NCBI GenBank assembly: GCA_002633005.1
Contig: NMRA01000010.1
Coordinates: 147,846 to 211,845, forward strand
Origin: Phoronis australis
Taxonomy: Eukaryota > Animalia > Phoronida
Direction: 5' to 3'
DNA: 64,000 nucleotides
Under the pieces are notes generated by a model. The model was not told the DNA's origin. It did not search any database and worked only from the letters and a program-made list of their open reading frames with translations. The first letter of the stretch is position 1; each line of letters starts with the position of its first letter. Positions 1-11,999 of this stretch are shown here, one piece after another. The position numbers and the translations under genes are program-made.

Positions 1-518
1 GTGAAATTAGTGACGGTGCAGGTTTTTGGGTGAATAATTGTCGCGTTCCATTTCAAAATCCGGAAACTGATTGTGCTGGAAATAATGTACTCTCAACATG
101 TAAATGGACGAACGCTAAAATGCGGCCAACTGTAAAGATATTTAAATGAATTAACAAAAAATGACAAACGAAAGTCTAAATAATAGTTCTGTGTTTTTCA
201 TTTTTGAAAATATTTTTGCAGAAACTATTGAATAATCCGAAGTTAACTAATATTCACCGAGATATCAACGTGTTGAGATTATAGATTATGTTGAAATTCG
301 CCCACAGACAAGTTGCACGAGTTTTACAGATAAAAATCAAATACCAAAGTCAATATAATATAAGTTACGCTTTATTAATGACAATTTTAACAAAACAAAA
401 TGCAGAAAATAACTGAAAAGTACTTGAATATGCTTTAACTCAAAGTTTGAGGCTGCTTACATCGTCACGGAAAATTTGAAAAATTGTCTTGGTTTCTTGT
501 CTGATCCAGGTGTTCTCG

Positions 519-605
519 TTTTTAAGGTGGGGATCGTGTTTTAAAGGTGGGGATCGTGTTTTAAAGGTGGGGGTCGTGTTTTAAAGGCGGGGTCGTGTAT
601 TAAAC
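519..605. repeat. 21-bp tandem repeat (TTTTAAAGGTGGGGATCGTGT-like), about 4 copies decaying rightward
   Basis: Repeated unit is directly visible. Confidence 0.85.
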
Positions 606-2328
606 GTCGGAGTTGGTGTTTTTCAGGCTGCGGTTAGCTGTTTTGAAGGTGCGGGGGTGTGTTTTTGTCTCCTGGATATCTGTTTTACATCGAGATTCCA
701 ATTCGATCGAACACCCTGTGTATCCTTTCAACTGTTATTGCCATTTGACGAACCCGTAATCTACAGTTCATCAACACTTCCGTGCAGCCTGCCTACAATC
801 AGAAGTTCGAAACGTGGTCAAGACAATTAGCTATAAAGTTATAACTTCTGACGTCAGAAAGGCGTTTTTAAGCTCTTTTTTTCATTCGTCTTGGTTTCCT
901 TACTGTGAAGATTTAATAAAAATGAACACCTGTAGTTTGAGGGATCGTCTAAGAATGCATCACAATGGCTTGTTTTGGTAGAACCTCCCTAGTTTAATTA
1001 ATTCACTTCATTACATAGCAAAACGTAACAGTAGGTAATGAAGGATTTATGATGGATATTAGTTTCTTGAATAATTTCCCATATCCGTGGGTTAACCGGT
1101 CTGTACAACAAGAAATGCAAATAAGTAAGAAGAAAACGTTAAATATTTACAAATCGTTTACAAATTGATGTTGTGTCGTAAATTAAGCAAATAGATCTCG
1201 AAAGGTAGATCTAGTGTCATTGTCATATTAATGAGCATTTAATTATTAATAATATAAACGAATCTCCAAATGTATATCTAGTGTCATCAATCATTCAGTG
1301 ATTAAAACCGCTCGCTGATGTCGCCACCGGCCATTTGTTTTTGTACGGGCTAGCTATGTTCATCCAACTATTAAGGAATAGCAAAACGTCATAGATCTCC
1401 ACACCTCTTTTCGAGTACGATTATACTGCAGGAAAGTCTATTGATTTCTGTTGAAATCTGCAAGTGGCAACACCTGATATGTTCTGAGATCTTTGGTGAG
1501 ATATAAGGTTATCATTCTTTTATTACTGGTGAAATTTGTGGTACTTTGCTTAGTAATTTATATAAGGAGGCTGTGTTTGGGATTTCTATCGTATGTCGAT
1601 CATTCGCTCGGTCTGTCACGTTACCATTTTATACCTAAAACGTTGTGGATGGAATTTGAGATTCTCGGAATGCACAAATGAACTATCGGTTACATTTTAG
1701 GGTAAATATCGCGTTTTTTGGTAGTAAAACGGCCGTTTTTAACGATAAAACAGGCTCATTCGATGCAATAAACAATATTTGGCATTTTCCATACGACAAT
1801 AGATTATAGACAACAGATTTGCAACTCCGACATTTACTTACGTGCTAGCCAAGAGGCGCCGCCACTCTCCTAAATTATCTGGTGCAGTTTCCGGTTAGTG
1901 TATTTTGACGGGAAATTCTCGCATCTACTTTACTGTCCAGCACAACGAAACAAATAATAATTTCAGCATTGAAACGCTGTTCAAAGTCTTCCAATGATAG
2001 AAGTTGGTATCGTGAGTACTTTTGGCAATGGTACTGGTAATTAATTACAAAATTCAAACTTCGGTGCCGACTGATTATGTCGTCTGCTTGCCCAATAGCA
2101 GCATAGTTATCTGACAGTTTGTGATTTATGGTTCACATAGGCCTACTGAGGAAACTACGAAAGCATATTTGTGCGCAAACTCCAAGGAGTACGTGTGAAT
2201 GCAAAAGATACTTATATAACGTTTTGGTTTTGAAAAATATTAATTTTGTTCGAATTAAAAAATGCGTCTCTGCAACGATTTGACTAGTTTAACCTTTGCA
2301 TGTTTATAACTCAACATTCTCAAGTGAG

Positions 2329-2414
2329 CAGTTCTTCTGGGAAGTGTTGAGTGGCCCTTAAAAGGGCCGTTGGTTGTAGGTATAGCGTGAAATGGTTCTT
2401 AAAAGAACCGTTGA
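2329..2414 (-). promoter_or_regulatory. Two histone-mRNA-type 3' stem-loops, the distal one followed by a purine-rich HDE-like element
   Basis: Minus strand reads AAC-GGTTCT-TTTA-AGAACC-A (2409-2394) then CCAAC-GGCCCT-TTTA-AGGGCC-ACTCA (2368-2353), followed by AGAAGAACTG (2338-2329). Confidence 0.75.
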
Positions 2415-2559
2415 ATAATTCAACATAAATCACACAGTATACCGTGCTCACTAAGTACTGAAGGTCCTCTTCATTCAAGTTTTCATCAGAGAAGGTTTGA
2501 TGAAAACAGAGGAGATGACAATATCCAAAAAACTCAGAAACTAATTAACCCTCTTAGCT

Positions 2560-3401
2560 AGTCTCTCGTCGTCTGAATTCTACACATTTAGAAGTTTTGT
2601 TCAAATCCTTTATACTTCCACACATCGATTATTGTGATATCATATATCAGTCGGCCAATACGGGTGCACTCCAACATTTGGAGAAATTACAGTATCAAGC
2701 TGCCTTACTCATAACCGGAGCTTACAGGGGATCCAATAGTGTTAAGGTTTTGAATAGTTTCAAGTGGCCCAAACTGTCTACTCGACGCAATCTTCAAAGT
2801 AATAAGCAACGCCAACAACGCCTCTGTCAAAAATATTTGATCTATACACTAGACAAGGCCATCGTAGTAATTGAGATCCTCCACCCCATATGCAATTCCT
2901 CCGTCATTCAGTCAGGCATTCAGAAGGTCTACAGTCATGATGTGCATCAACAACTGGAATTCTCTTCCAGTCTCTGTTAAGGAAATCAACTCTTTTACGA
3001 GTGTAAGAAATAATTTTAGAACTGTTTTTCACAATTTTGATAATTCAGCACCCTTAACTCAATTCTCCCTTCCCCGCGATAACGAAATAACATTGTACAG
3101 ATCAAGGTTTGGTCTTTTCCTCAATTCTGACAAGTTTAGGCATAACTTTAGTAATGTTTCTCCAAACTGTAAATGTGGTGACCATCAATCTTATCCTCAT
3201 ATTTTCTTCAAATGTCCCCTCATCGAATACCTGAGAGATTCACTCTTTCGTGCACTCAATGAAAACCAATCAATTGTTAATGATCTCAATTCTTGTAATA
3301 ATATTCCTACTAAAGTTCCATTATTATTGAATGGTAGTCCTAACGTTGACGTCATTCTCATTGAATTCCTCTCTTTTCAAGTAAGAAATCGTTACATTTA
3401 A
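2560..3401 (+). mobile_element. 5'-truncated, frameshifted non-LTR retrotransposon (CR1/L2 group), ORF2 C-terminal part
   Basis: FKSFILPHIDYCDIIY, LEKLQYQAALLITGAYRGS..W.KLSTRR, WNSLP and CKCG..QSYPHIFFKCP are typical post-RT motifs of CR1-group LINEs; split over two frames. Confidence 0.85.
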
Positions 3402-4160
3402 AACTGTTTCTTTTACTAGAGAAACTTGTAACCTATCGCGCAAGCAGGCCTATACATATATATAAGATGCGATCCGCCACGTGAACAGTCTGGGTGAAAT
3501 ATTTAAAAAATCTGAAGAAAAAATGAAAGAAACTTAGGAATTTGAAGCGTATCATGATGGGATAAATACAAAACGTACCTCGATTGGCGTAGATGAACTA
3601 ATATCCCACGAGACATTATTCCGCGGGCCATGACATTCAGCGTGTAAGGGTTAAAGCCCTCGCAAATGACGTGTATTGAACGTCAGTGAACATTCTAGCC
3701 ATTTGTACGACGTAATAATGTACGTATGTAAAGGCGTATAGGTCAAAGGTTAAATTTCTTACCTTCACTATACCATTCACCACTGATTATCATCTACGCC
3801 TACGCCGTATTTGAACGATCAATCGAAGAATTTTTGAAAAAAATCAAGCATACTGAAACCTTGGTTCACTTTTTGGTTGGCCAATACTCGGAGGGATTTC
3901 CGTGTCCAGCCAAAACAGTTTTACTCAGTCGTAATCATCTTTACCTTGAAAGTCAGAGCAAATGAACATTTTTACGGCACTAAGATTTCCCTGCCCTCAA
4001 TACTCAGTGACGTTTGCCTAGTCACCAAAACGAAAGTCCACAAGTTCTTGTCAAACGCACGCGTTAATAGCAAGCTTGTATGACATTTAGCTCTACTTAA
4101 TATATGTTATATTGTGAATATAGTAGATCATTGGTTGGTTAAAATGTCCTGAACCTATAT

Positions 4161-4227
4161 TGCACAGACGTGGTTAGAATGTTGGACTGTCAAGGAAGGT
4201 CTCAGGTTCAAATCCTACAGTGCACCA
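4161..4227 (+). other. Degenerate tRNA-like sequence (SINE head or tRNA pseudogene) with Pol III A and B boxes
   Basis: TGCAC...GTGCA acceptor-like stem ending in CCA; TGGTTAGAATG A-box-like; AGG-TTCAAAT-CCT T-arm; anticodon stem does not pair. Confidence 0.55.
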
Positions 4228-4307
4228 TCAAACTAAATACGATTCCAAAAAGTTGCTTTTCATTGGTCACCATGAGCGTAACAGATACCCGTGCTTTTTC
4301 TTCTAAG

Positions 4308-4381
4308 AACATTTTAACTTCTGAAGATGGTGTACAAATGAACAACCGAAACATCGTACCAATGTAAATAGGTTAGATGTT
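4308..4381 (+). ncRNA. Type I hammerhead ribozyme
   Basis: CTGAAGA core 4321-4327; stem II GGT-GT..AC-A-ACC; GAAA 4348-4351; stem III ACAT/ATGT; GUA cleavage triplet 4364-4366; stem I AACATTTTAACTT pairs with AA(tag)GTTAGATGTT. Confidence 0.7.
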
Positions 4382-5203
4382 CAACGTTTATCTTGTTCGG
4401 CGTCCATTTGCTGTGCTATGACACTGCGGCTCCTGTTGGTAAATAAAAAAACTTAAACGCAAAAGCAAAGAACCTACAAAGATAAACATTCTGGAGTTTT
4501 GTTACACACTATATTTTTTCGTTACAAATCTGAATTTAACGAATTTTAAAGAATTTCGAATATTATTGTCGCATTGCTGTTGTAAGCAGCTTTCAATATT
4601 ACAAGTGCAGTTGTATTACAACTCGCACCGTCGGAGGATTTTATTTCACCAATCAATTTCATTACGATGCGTACAGCTGTGGTAAACATTTGTTGGTAGT
4701 CTATGTTGTTCCAGCTGAGATATATGCCTTCAAATTACGGTGATATCCTAATGTTTTTATGACCTCTGACACCCTGTCATACAATCCTCAGCTGTATAAC
4801 CTATTGCAGAGATATCGAGAAAATCTAGGTGAGGGCCTGTTTCGAGATTAGGTTTATTTAGGATGCTCCTCTTATGCGGTGCACGAGTGTCTTGAGTCTA
4901 CGGAACGCAACCCAATTGGTTGACATTCGAATCGGATTAAAACTCCAAATTTATGATTCTTGAAATTTCTACCTAATTTCATGATTATATCAGAGAGATA
5001 GAACACCATAAGCTGTTATTCGAAACGTGTTGTAGGCTACAATTATTTAGTATTTTGTGCTTTTATCGATTCTTCAAAATTAAAAAAAAAAATTGCAAAA
5101 TATCCGGGCGATAGGCGAGAAGAGTCTGCAGTTCTATGAGTTGAAAATGGTAACGCTCACAGCTGACGCATTGTCGAACGATTATACGTCCGAGCTTGAT
5201 GCA

Positions 5204-5287
5204 ACAACAGCCATGATACAACAGCATCCATGATACAACAGCACCCATGATACAACAGCACCCATGATACAACAGCACCCATGATAC
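5204..5287. repeat. 17-bp tandem repeat (CCATGATACAACAGCAC), about 4.5 copies
   Basis: Directly visible. Confidence 0.9.
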
Positions 5288-5972
5288 CATCCCAGCCTTA
5301 GATATTTTCGTTTTGGGAGAAAATTTCAAGCCAGATCACAGAGAAGGCGTAATAGATTCTTTTATTTACAATTTTCGACAATAGTGAAGTGAATTACAAT
5401 GCTTGTATCAACACTTATATCATTCTGAACACTTACAAAAAATCTTAGTTAAATATTTTATTGGGACTACTTTTCACAGCACGGCGTAGCTGTTGTATTT
5501 CTTTGTTTTCCATGCCACGTGACGCTAATTAGTCCTGGGTTGGCTGTCATTTTGTGATCTGGTTTCGTTTGCTTTTCTTCAATTTTCCCTCCCACTTGTA
5601 ACTGTTATTTCCTTTTTCTTGTTTTTCTTTTCATATGTGTGCACGTATTTGTTTTTCTAGTCATGTATCTTTACGTAGGTGTTTTTCTATTCATGTGTCT
5701 TTGCGTAAGTGTTTTTTTCTTGATGTGCATGTACGTGTTGTTTTTTCTTCATATGACTCTACGTAATTGTTTTTCTTTTCATGTGCGTGTACTTATTTTA
5801 CGCTCTCCGTTTGTCTGTAGGAACTTGTTTTCGTTGATCACCATTGCATAATTACATACTCTACGTTGTTTTGTTTCAAATCGTATGGTTCAGTTTTGGT
5901 TTATTCCAAATTTGTAACTGTAAAGGCTCTCACGGGTTAAACAACATCAAATTGGGACATCTACGCTACATC

Positions 5973-6450
5973 CAGAGGTGGATCTACGGGGAGGTTCAGG
6001 GGGTTCCATGCGCGCACCCAGCCTTTAATATGGGGGGCTCAAATTTCCGACGATGTGGACCTTTTACCGACAAACAAACCGAAGGACTAAAAAAATAAAA
6101 CAGGGTACCACGTCCAGGGCTTGAATTGTGCGTTTGCGCCTTTTTAGTAGACTTTTTGTCTCGTTTTCTCGAACTTTTTGTTTCTCTGTGGCGGACCTTT
6201 TTGTCCACTTCGCCAAATGGGGGGCTCGTTCGAGCCCCCCCGAGCTCCCCTGGGTGCGCGCATGGGTTCAACCCCCCTCGGGACAGGATCAAAAATAAAA
6301 ATTAAAAGAAATGTCGCCAGGAAAACAAAATCAGCTACTAAAATCAAAAAAAATCTTACACGAGAGGGGGAAACCCCCTCCCGACCTTCCCTCCGCTCGG
6401 CGCTACGCGCCTCGGATTCGCGAGAATCCTAAAACGTAGATCTGCCACTA
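5973..6450. mobile_element. Non-autonomous DNA transposon (CAGNGGCGGAT-type TIR MITE)
   Basis: CAGAGGTGGATCTACG ... CGTAGATCTGCCACTA inverted ends; G/C-run subterminal tracts; no TSD retained. Confidence 0.65.
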
Positions 6451-9400
6451 AGCTTATACGAAATAATTCATTACGTTTCTGCTAGTATCATGACGAATGT
6501 ACTATTTTCAAACGTAAAGCAATGGGATTAAATTAGAATAACGCCGTGCTACTTTATTTTTTCGGATATAAGGCCAGTCGTTATGTGTATTGTGATTTCT
6601 TACAATCCTTTATGTAGTGAACAAATAATGTTATTTCACACGCCAAAGAGTTAAGAGCGCGATGCATTTGAACTTATTGTCTGAAAAGTTCAGGCAAAAT
6701 TGTGAATACGATGTATCACATCTTTCTGACACATAGCTTCTTTGTACGATTGGTGGAATGAATCGATAAGAGTGCCGCGGTAGCTTCAGCTCAAACCACA
6801 GGGCGCTTTATGGGGAACGAAACCATCAACATAATCGAGCTATTTAGACGGTGTCGGCAGTCGTAAATTTTAACATTTTCTTTGACTACGTACAGGAACA
6901 TTGAGGAATAAAATAATTTTGTAATCACAACCCGAGTAGTTCTATCGTTTGTGAGATTTAGGGTTGAAATACATGTGCAGATTCGTTCACACGCTATGTA
7001 AGTGAAATCAATGTTTGCTCCGAGCTATGACGTGATTAATGATGAATGGAAACTGGCAAAGTTAATTTTCAGGATTTTTAGAGTGTCTCAATATAATGAC
7101 ACATACCATTTCAATGATGTAAATTAGTTCTACTAATGGATGAAAAAATTACGAACAGCTTCCTCGTGTTCATGAAAATTGACATCAAGCACCAACAGCG
7201 GTCGCGCAGAGCGTCATGACTGAGGCCGTGAACAGAAGTACATTTATTTTGAATACTTAATCTAAAATATCTCAAAACTGATGATATGAATAATTAATAA
7301 GACCTGTCTTGGACACCAGGATGATTTTCCAATATTCTTCGTAAATAATGGCTTATCTCGCCAAATTGCGCAGCGGAACAATTTGGTTTTTACTAACTCG
7401 CCGGGCTTTTACGTGTGTGTCTGCAATCAAAGTCCTCTCAATCACAACAATAAACGGTGGCACTTTCCGAGCTCGATACTTCAAGACAATCAAGCGGTCA
7501 TGTTTGTATGGATCATTAATACAAAACATCCGTTATGTAGAGAAAGACAATAAGTTCCATCTGAATTTTTCACGTTTGAAAAAATTTTAAACTTCTTTTT
7601 TACTTTAGCTCAAGATTGATTGAGTGACGCATAGTCGTGTTTTTGACATCAAGTGTGATTTCACTACCACAGTGAAATATCAGCGAATCAAACATTGAAC
7701 GAGACATCTGTGGATCACTTTGAAGAGTAGAAACTCGACGAAATGAGAAGTTTTTTTGCATGAAATGAACCACAATGTGATAGCAACGTTCGCCAAAAGG
7801 TCAGTGACTATCCATAGAGTCTTTAAATATAGCCTGTCTGCTTCATGTTAGTGAAAAACTTCATAAAACGGGTTAATTCAATTGATACTTTGCCCAAATA
7901 CTGCGCATTCAACACCACTCTAAATATTTCCAAACTTAATTGAATTTAATTCGACTTTTTAATTATTTTTTCATGGTGCACCACCATGAAAAGAACTAAC
8001 TCGTGCATTATGGGCACTCAGTCAACTGCCGCCACATGAAACTCCTCGGAAACCCGCTCACTTAAAAAACATATATTAAAAGGTAAATAAGGCAACATAA
8101 ACAGGGCTGAAAGCTAGGAAATGTTTACATGTTAGTGACATCTTTCGACTGGCAATACCAGTCATTTGATATCTATCTTTAAATTTGACGCTATCACCTA
8201 AACAGTCCAATTTATTCCAATATATAATTTGCCCGGAAATTTGTTACACAAGTACATGTATATATGTATACAGATCAGATGGTGAATCTTGGGCTGTAGG
8301 AGCTCTAAAAATGATTTCGTGAGTACTTTCACTTGGCAATTTTTAACCTTTTTTATCTCATTCATAGATGTACTTCTCAGACGGAAAAGGTTCCTGCGTT
8401 TAAAATTGCAGTTTCTTGCCAAGGATTTTGGTGAAAAATGACAAAACGTTGAAATTTGAAGTTCGTGTACAATGTACCATCGTGGATTAAAAACTATTGT
8501 CTCGGGCATTTGAACAAACGCATTTTGTTGGTGCCATTAAACAAATTTTTGCTTTAAAAACGAGCAAATTAGATCAAAAATAGCACTGAAAACAATGTGA
8601 AAAAAGCAGATCAAACAGCTCATATACGTTGATAACTTCTGTCTTCCGTGTTTTGATATCGGAATTAGGTTGTTTGATATGACTTATCATATATAGGCCG
8701 TGTATAAATATCTGCTTCTGACCTAAACTTTGTCAAGCCATTGTATTGATTTTTGTGAGTATAGTTTTGCAAATAATGTGAAGGCCTCGTATTAACACCT
8801 TGATTATTCAAGGTTGGGTTCCGTTGGCTTGTGGCTAAAAGTCTTCTTTTATTGAAGGAAGCAGTGGCGAAATTCAATGTACACCACACACATTCAACAC
8901 TTGGCAATGTCGCCAGCCTGAGTGGCCGCTATTTTGCTAGGACAGGCTATGAGCTTCCGAGCATACTCGCGAAACACTTGCCTTTCACTCGCGCGATTTC
9001 GCGAGGTACCGAGAAAATAATGCTTTGATCGCAAGAAACTAGATCTACGGAACACTCTACAAGTCCCCAAACTGGCAGTGAGACTGGATGGTGAGCTCAC
9101 TTAACGTCCTTTATGACTGGTTGCATTATGCATTTATCTTGTGCTGTTTGAAAAAATAAAGCCCATGCATAAAAACAAGATGGTGGAAAGTATACTCCAT
9201 GATTGCATGCGCCTGTAAACTCTAGACTTGATCCCTAAAACACCAGTTCTCGTCAGTAAGAGACGCTGAACCCGCGATACCGATTCCATACCCGTGTCCC
9301 TAAACACGCGTCTAAAATATCCCATAGGCCTATCCGGAATCAAATTCTATACCCGTGACACAAACTCAAGATCGGTCGGGTCCTGGTGAGGAATCTGGTT

Positions 9401-9571
9401 CCCAAGTAAGGAGTTTGGTCACTGGGTAGGAAGTAAATTCGGCATTTGTGTGGAGTTTAGGGGCACGGGGATGGAATTTGTACCCGGACTGGAGTTCAGG
9501 GGACATTAGTAAGCCAGGATTTATAGGCGCATCGCTGGAATCGTTTCCGCCGACTGTTTGTCTTCACAATT

Positions 9572-9600
9572 AATCAATCAATCAATCAATCAATCAATCA
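9572..9600. repeat. (AATC)n microsatellite
   Basis: About 7 tandem copies. Confidence 0.95.
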
Positions 9601-11999
9601 CGAAGACAAACTACTAGAGCTGTGAGAGTAGATTGCTGTCAAGTCTAATTTCTTTCGTCCTCTCATCGTTGATATTTAGCGCCGCACCAGAGGTAGTGTA
9701 CCTGAAGTGCATCCAACAGCAATGAAGATACAGATAAGTGTTCATAAGAAAGTCTACAGTCAAACAAAAATCCAATCGTCAACGACCCCACTTTAAATAA
9801 ATAAGTGCTATATTTACTGAAAAGTAATTCTTAAGTGCGTACGCCTGCTACACAGTAACGTGTATTACTGTTTTGTATTATTCATGCGCAAAATTAATGA
9901 TTGCTATTTATTACCTCATACTGTTGTGCCATCACAATTCCTTAAACGCATAGTTTTGATAAAACCAACACTTTTCGACTAGATCTAATTGGTTGGATCA
10001 CGACCCGCTTTCAACAAAACTTTCGAATAGTTTTCATCAGGCACAAGTACAGTCAGCACAAGGTCGTCCACATTCGGAACACCTCACTCTCGAAGCTTCA
10101 AATTTCAGGATGCGAAATGCGTGGTTCACATTTCAGTGATAAAATGAGTTTTGAACAACATATAACATGGATTTGTCTGGTTGTACTAGGCCCTAAGTTA
10201 AGCTCGTGTACTTAAATTGAATGGATTTTGGTGCGTCCATGTCATACGGCAACTGTTGTCCCGAATAAGCTATTAGACGAGAAAGGCTGGCGTCATTTCA
10301 TACCTGCAGACAATTTTTGAAAGGCAAAGCTTTACGTGTGTGCACAACCGGCCCCAGGGAGATCAGTGAGTGGTCGTGGCGTCATAGTTGCATTGACTAG
10401 AACTAGCCTCTAGGGATCGGAAGTCTTTACATTGACAATAGCAACCCATACACAATCAATAAGGAATGTCTCGTTAAAAAACTGTGACTGGTGTGACAAC
10501 AATGCCGCTACACTTTCCGTCATTATGAAGCTAAATTGTTGGAGCGATCGTATGCGTAAGATTTGAGTCGGCTGGACATCAAAGTGTTCTCACTTCGCAT
10601 CATTATGTTTGTATAGGCAAGTTATTCAAACTGCGTTTCACTTTCGTGTAAGTTTTTAAGTATACCTGTAAGCTATAGAAACTAGCGATCATTTCGTCGC
10701 GACAAAGTTGTCACTAGCTCTTGTTCTACGTTCATTTGCTTTGATATTACCGTGGATTTCGAATAATGCGCCCTGAAACACAAAAATCTAGTCGGGTGGT
10801 GTTTGGTCCCAAAAAGCACCCTGCATACTGTTTTGCAAACAGAAATTTCTTCAAGTCACTTTTGTTCACGAAAAAGCTTCCATGGAAACTTTTTTCCTTC
10901 TTTTCCGAAAAAACGTCCGTGGCCGTTTGGTGTTGATAGGCGCTTTATCAGAAATTCTCGGTAACTGTGTGTCGCGAGCGTTGCGTGATATCACGTCAAC
11001 TGAAAAAGCGGGATAGTCGTGCAAGTAAACGGTGGTTATTTGATTGCGTTTCTTTGAAACGACCGTAACGCGGCACAAGGTGAGTGTTAGTTAAACGCAA
11101 GAGCTACGAAAACTTGCAGACAAGGCGTTCTGTAGATGTATAATTTTCTAGTTGTGTTGACTGCAAATAGAATTTAAGTGAACGAGCGTCACATTCTGGA
11201 CCGATCCTAGCTATTTACATGTCGCGGATGCAACTGCATGTGTACGGTGATAATCCTTATCATCGCAAACACTATTACTTTACAGTGGATTGATCGAATC
11301 TTACCTCGTTTACTATGAGTACACTTCTTTTCATTTTTCAATATTAAAAACACTAAAAGCACAGCCACACGAGATATTTTGACTACAAAAGACAATTTTA
11401 CGTTGGAAAATTGTTTTCGACCGAATAATTTGGTACATGAGCTTCGTGTAGTGGCTGTAAGTAATCTGACTTATACTATTCAGGCCTCGTTTCAAAGAGA
11501 ACTTAATATTCATGAGTTTCATGTCAAAGCTGTTTGCGCCCTCTTTAGCTGGTTAAAAATCAAAAATCGAACTAAGCCTTTTGCTTTTGGCCTCGCAACG
11601 TTCCTTCCCTGATAGGAATCCATTTCCAATAACAGCAAGAACATCGAAACCAATATCGACTCGAGAAAAAGTATCAGAGACCGGTTTTGTAAGAGAAATT
11701 CGATTTTCGTTTCAGACAGCTTCATAGGGCGGAATGCAGTTTCAATAATGTACAATTGAACAATAATTAAACAGCGCCCACCGTGCCATTAGAACTGTTT
11801 CTGTATCTGACCAATTACCATTTGAACTCTTTTTCAAACGAACTTTTGCGATGAATATACTTCACATCGCAAATAAACAGTCGCAGTAAAAAATCTCGTA
11901 CACGCCGATAATTTTCTAAGTTTTATAGCAATTTGTTTTTAACTTTATTCCTTTTAATATGCTATGGTGTAGCCGGCAACGTTATCCCAAGGCTAAAGT

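Noticed and set aside
5639-5851. Hydrophobic 70-aa ORF
   Set aside because: Produced by a degenerate T-rich repeat (CGTA..TGTTTTTCT..TCATGTG), not a credible membrane protein
10000-10050. Minus-strand CTGATGA...GAAA possible hammerhead
   Set aside because: Stem II is not closed next to a GAAAC, and no convincing stem III or stem I is present
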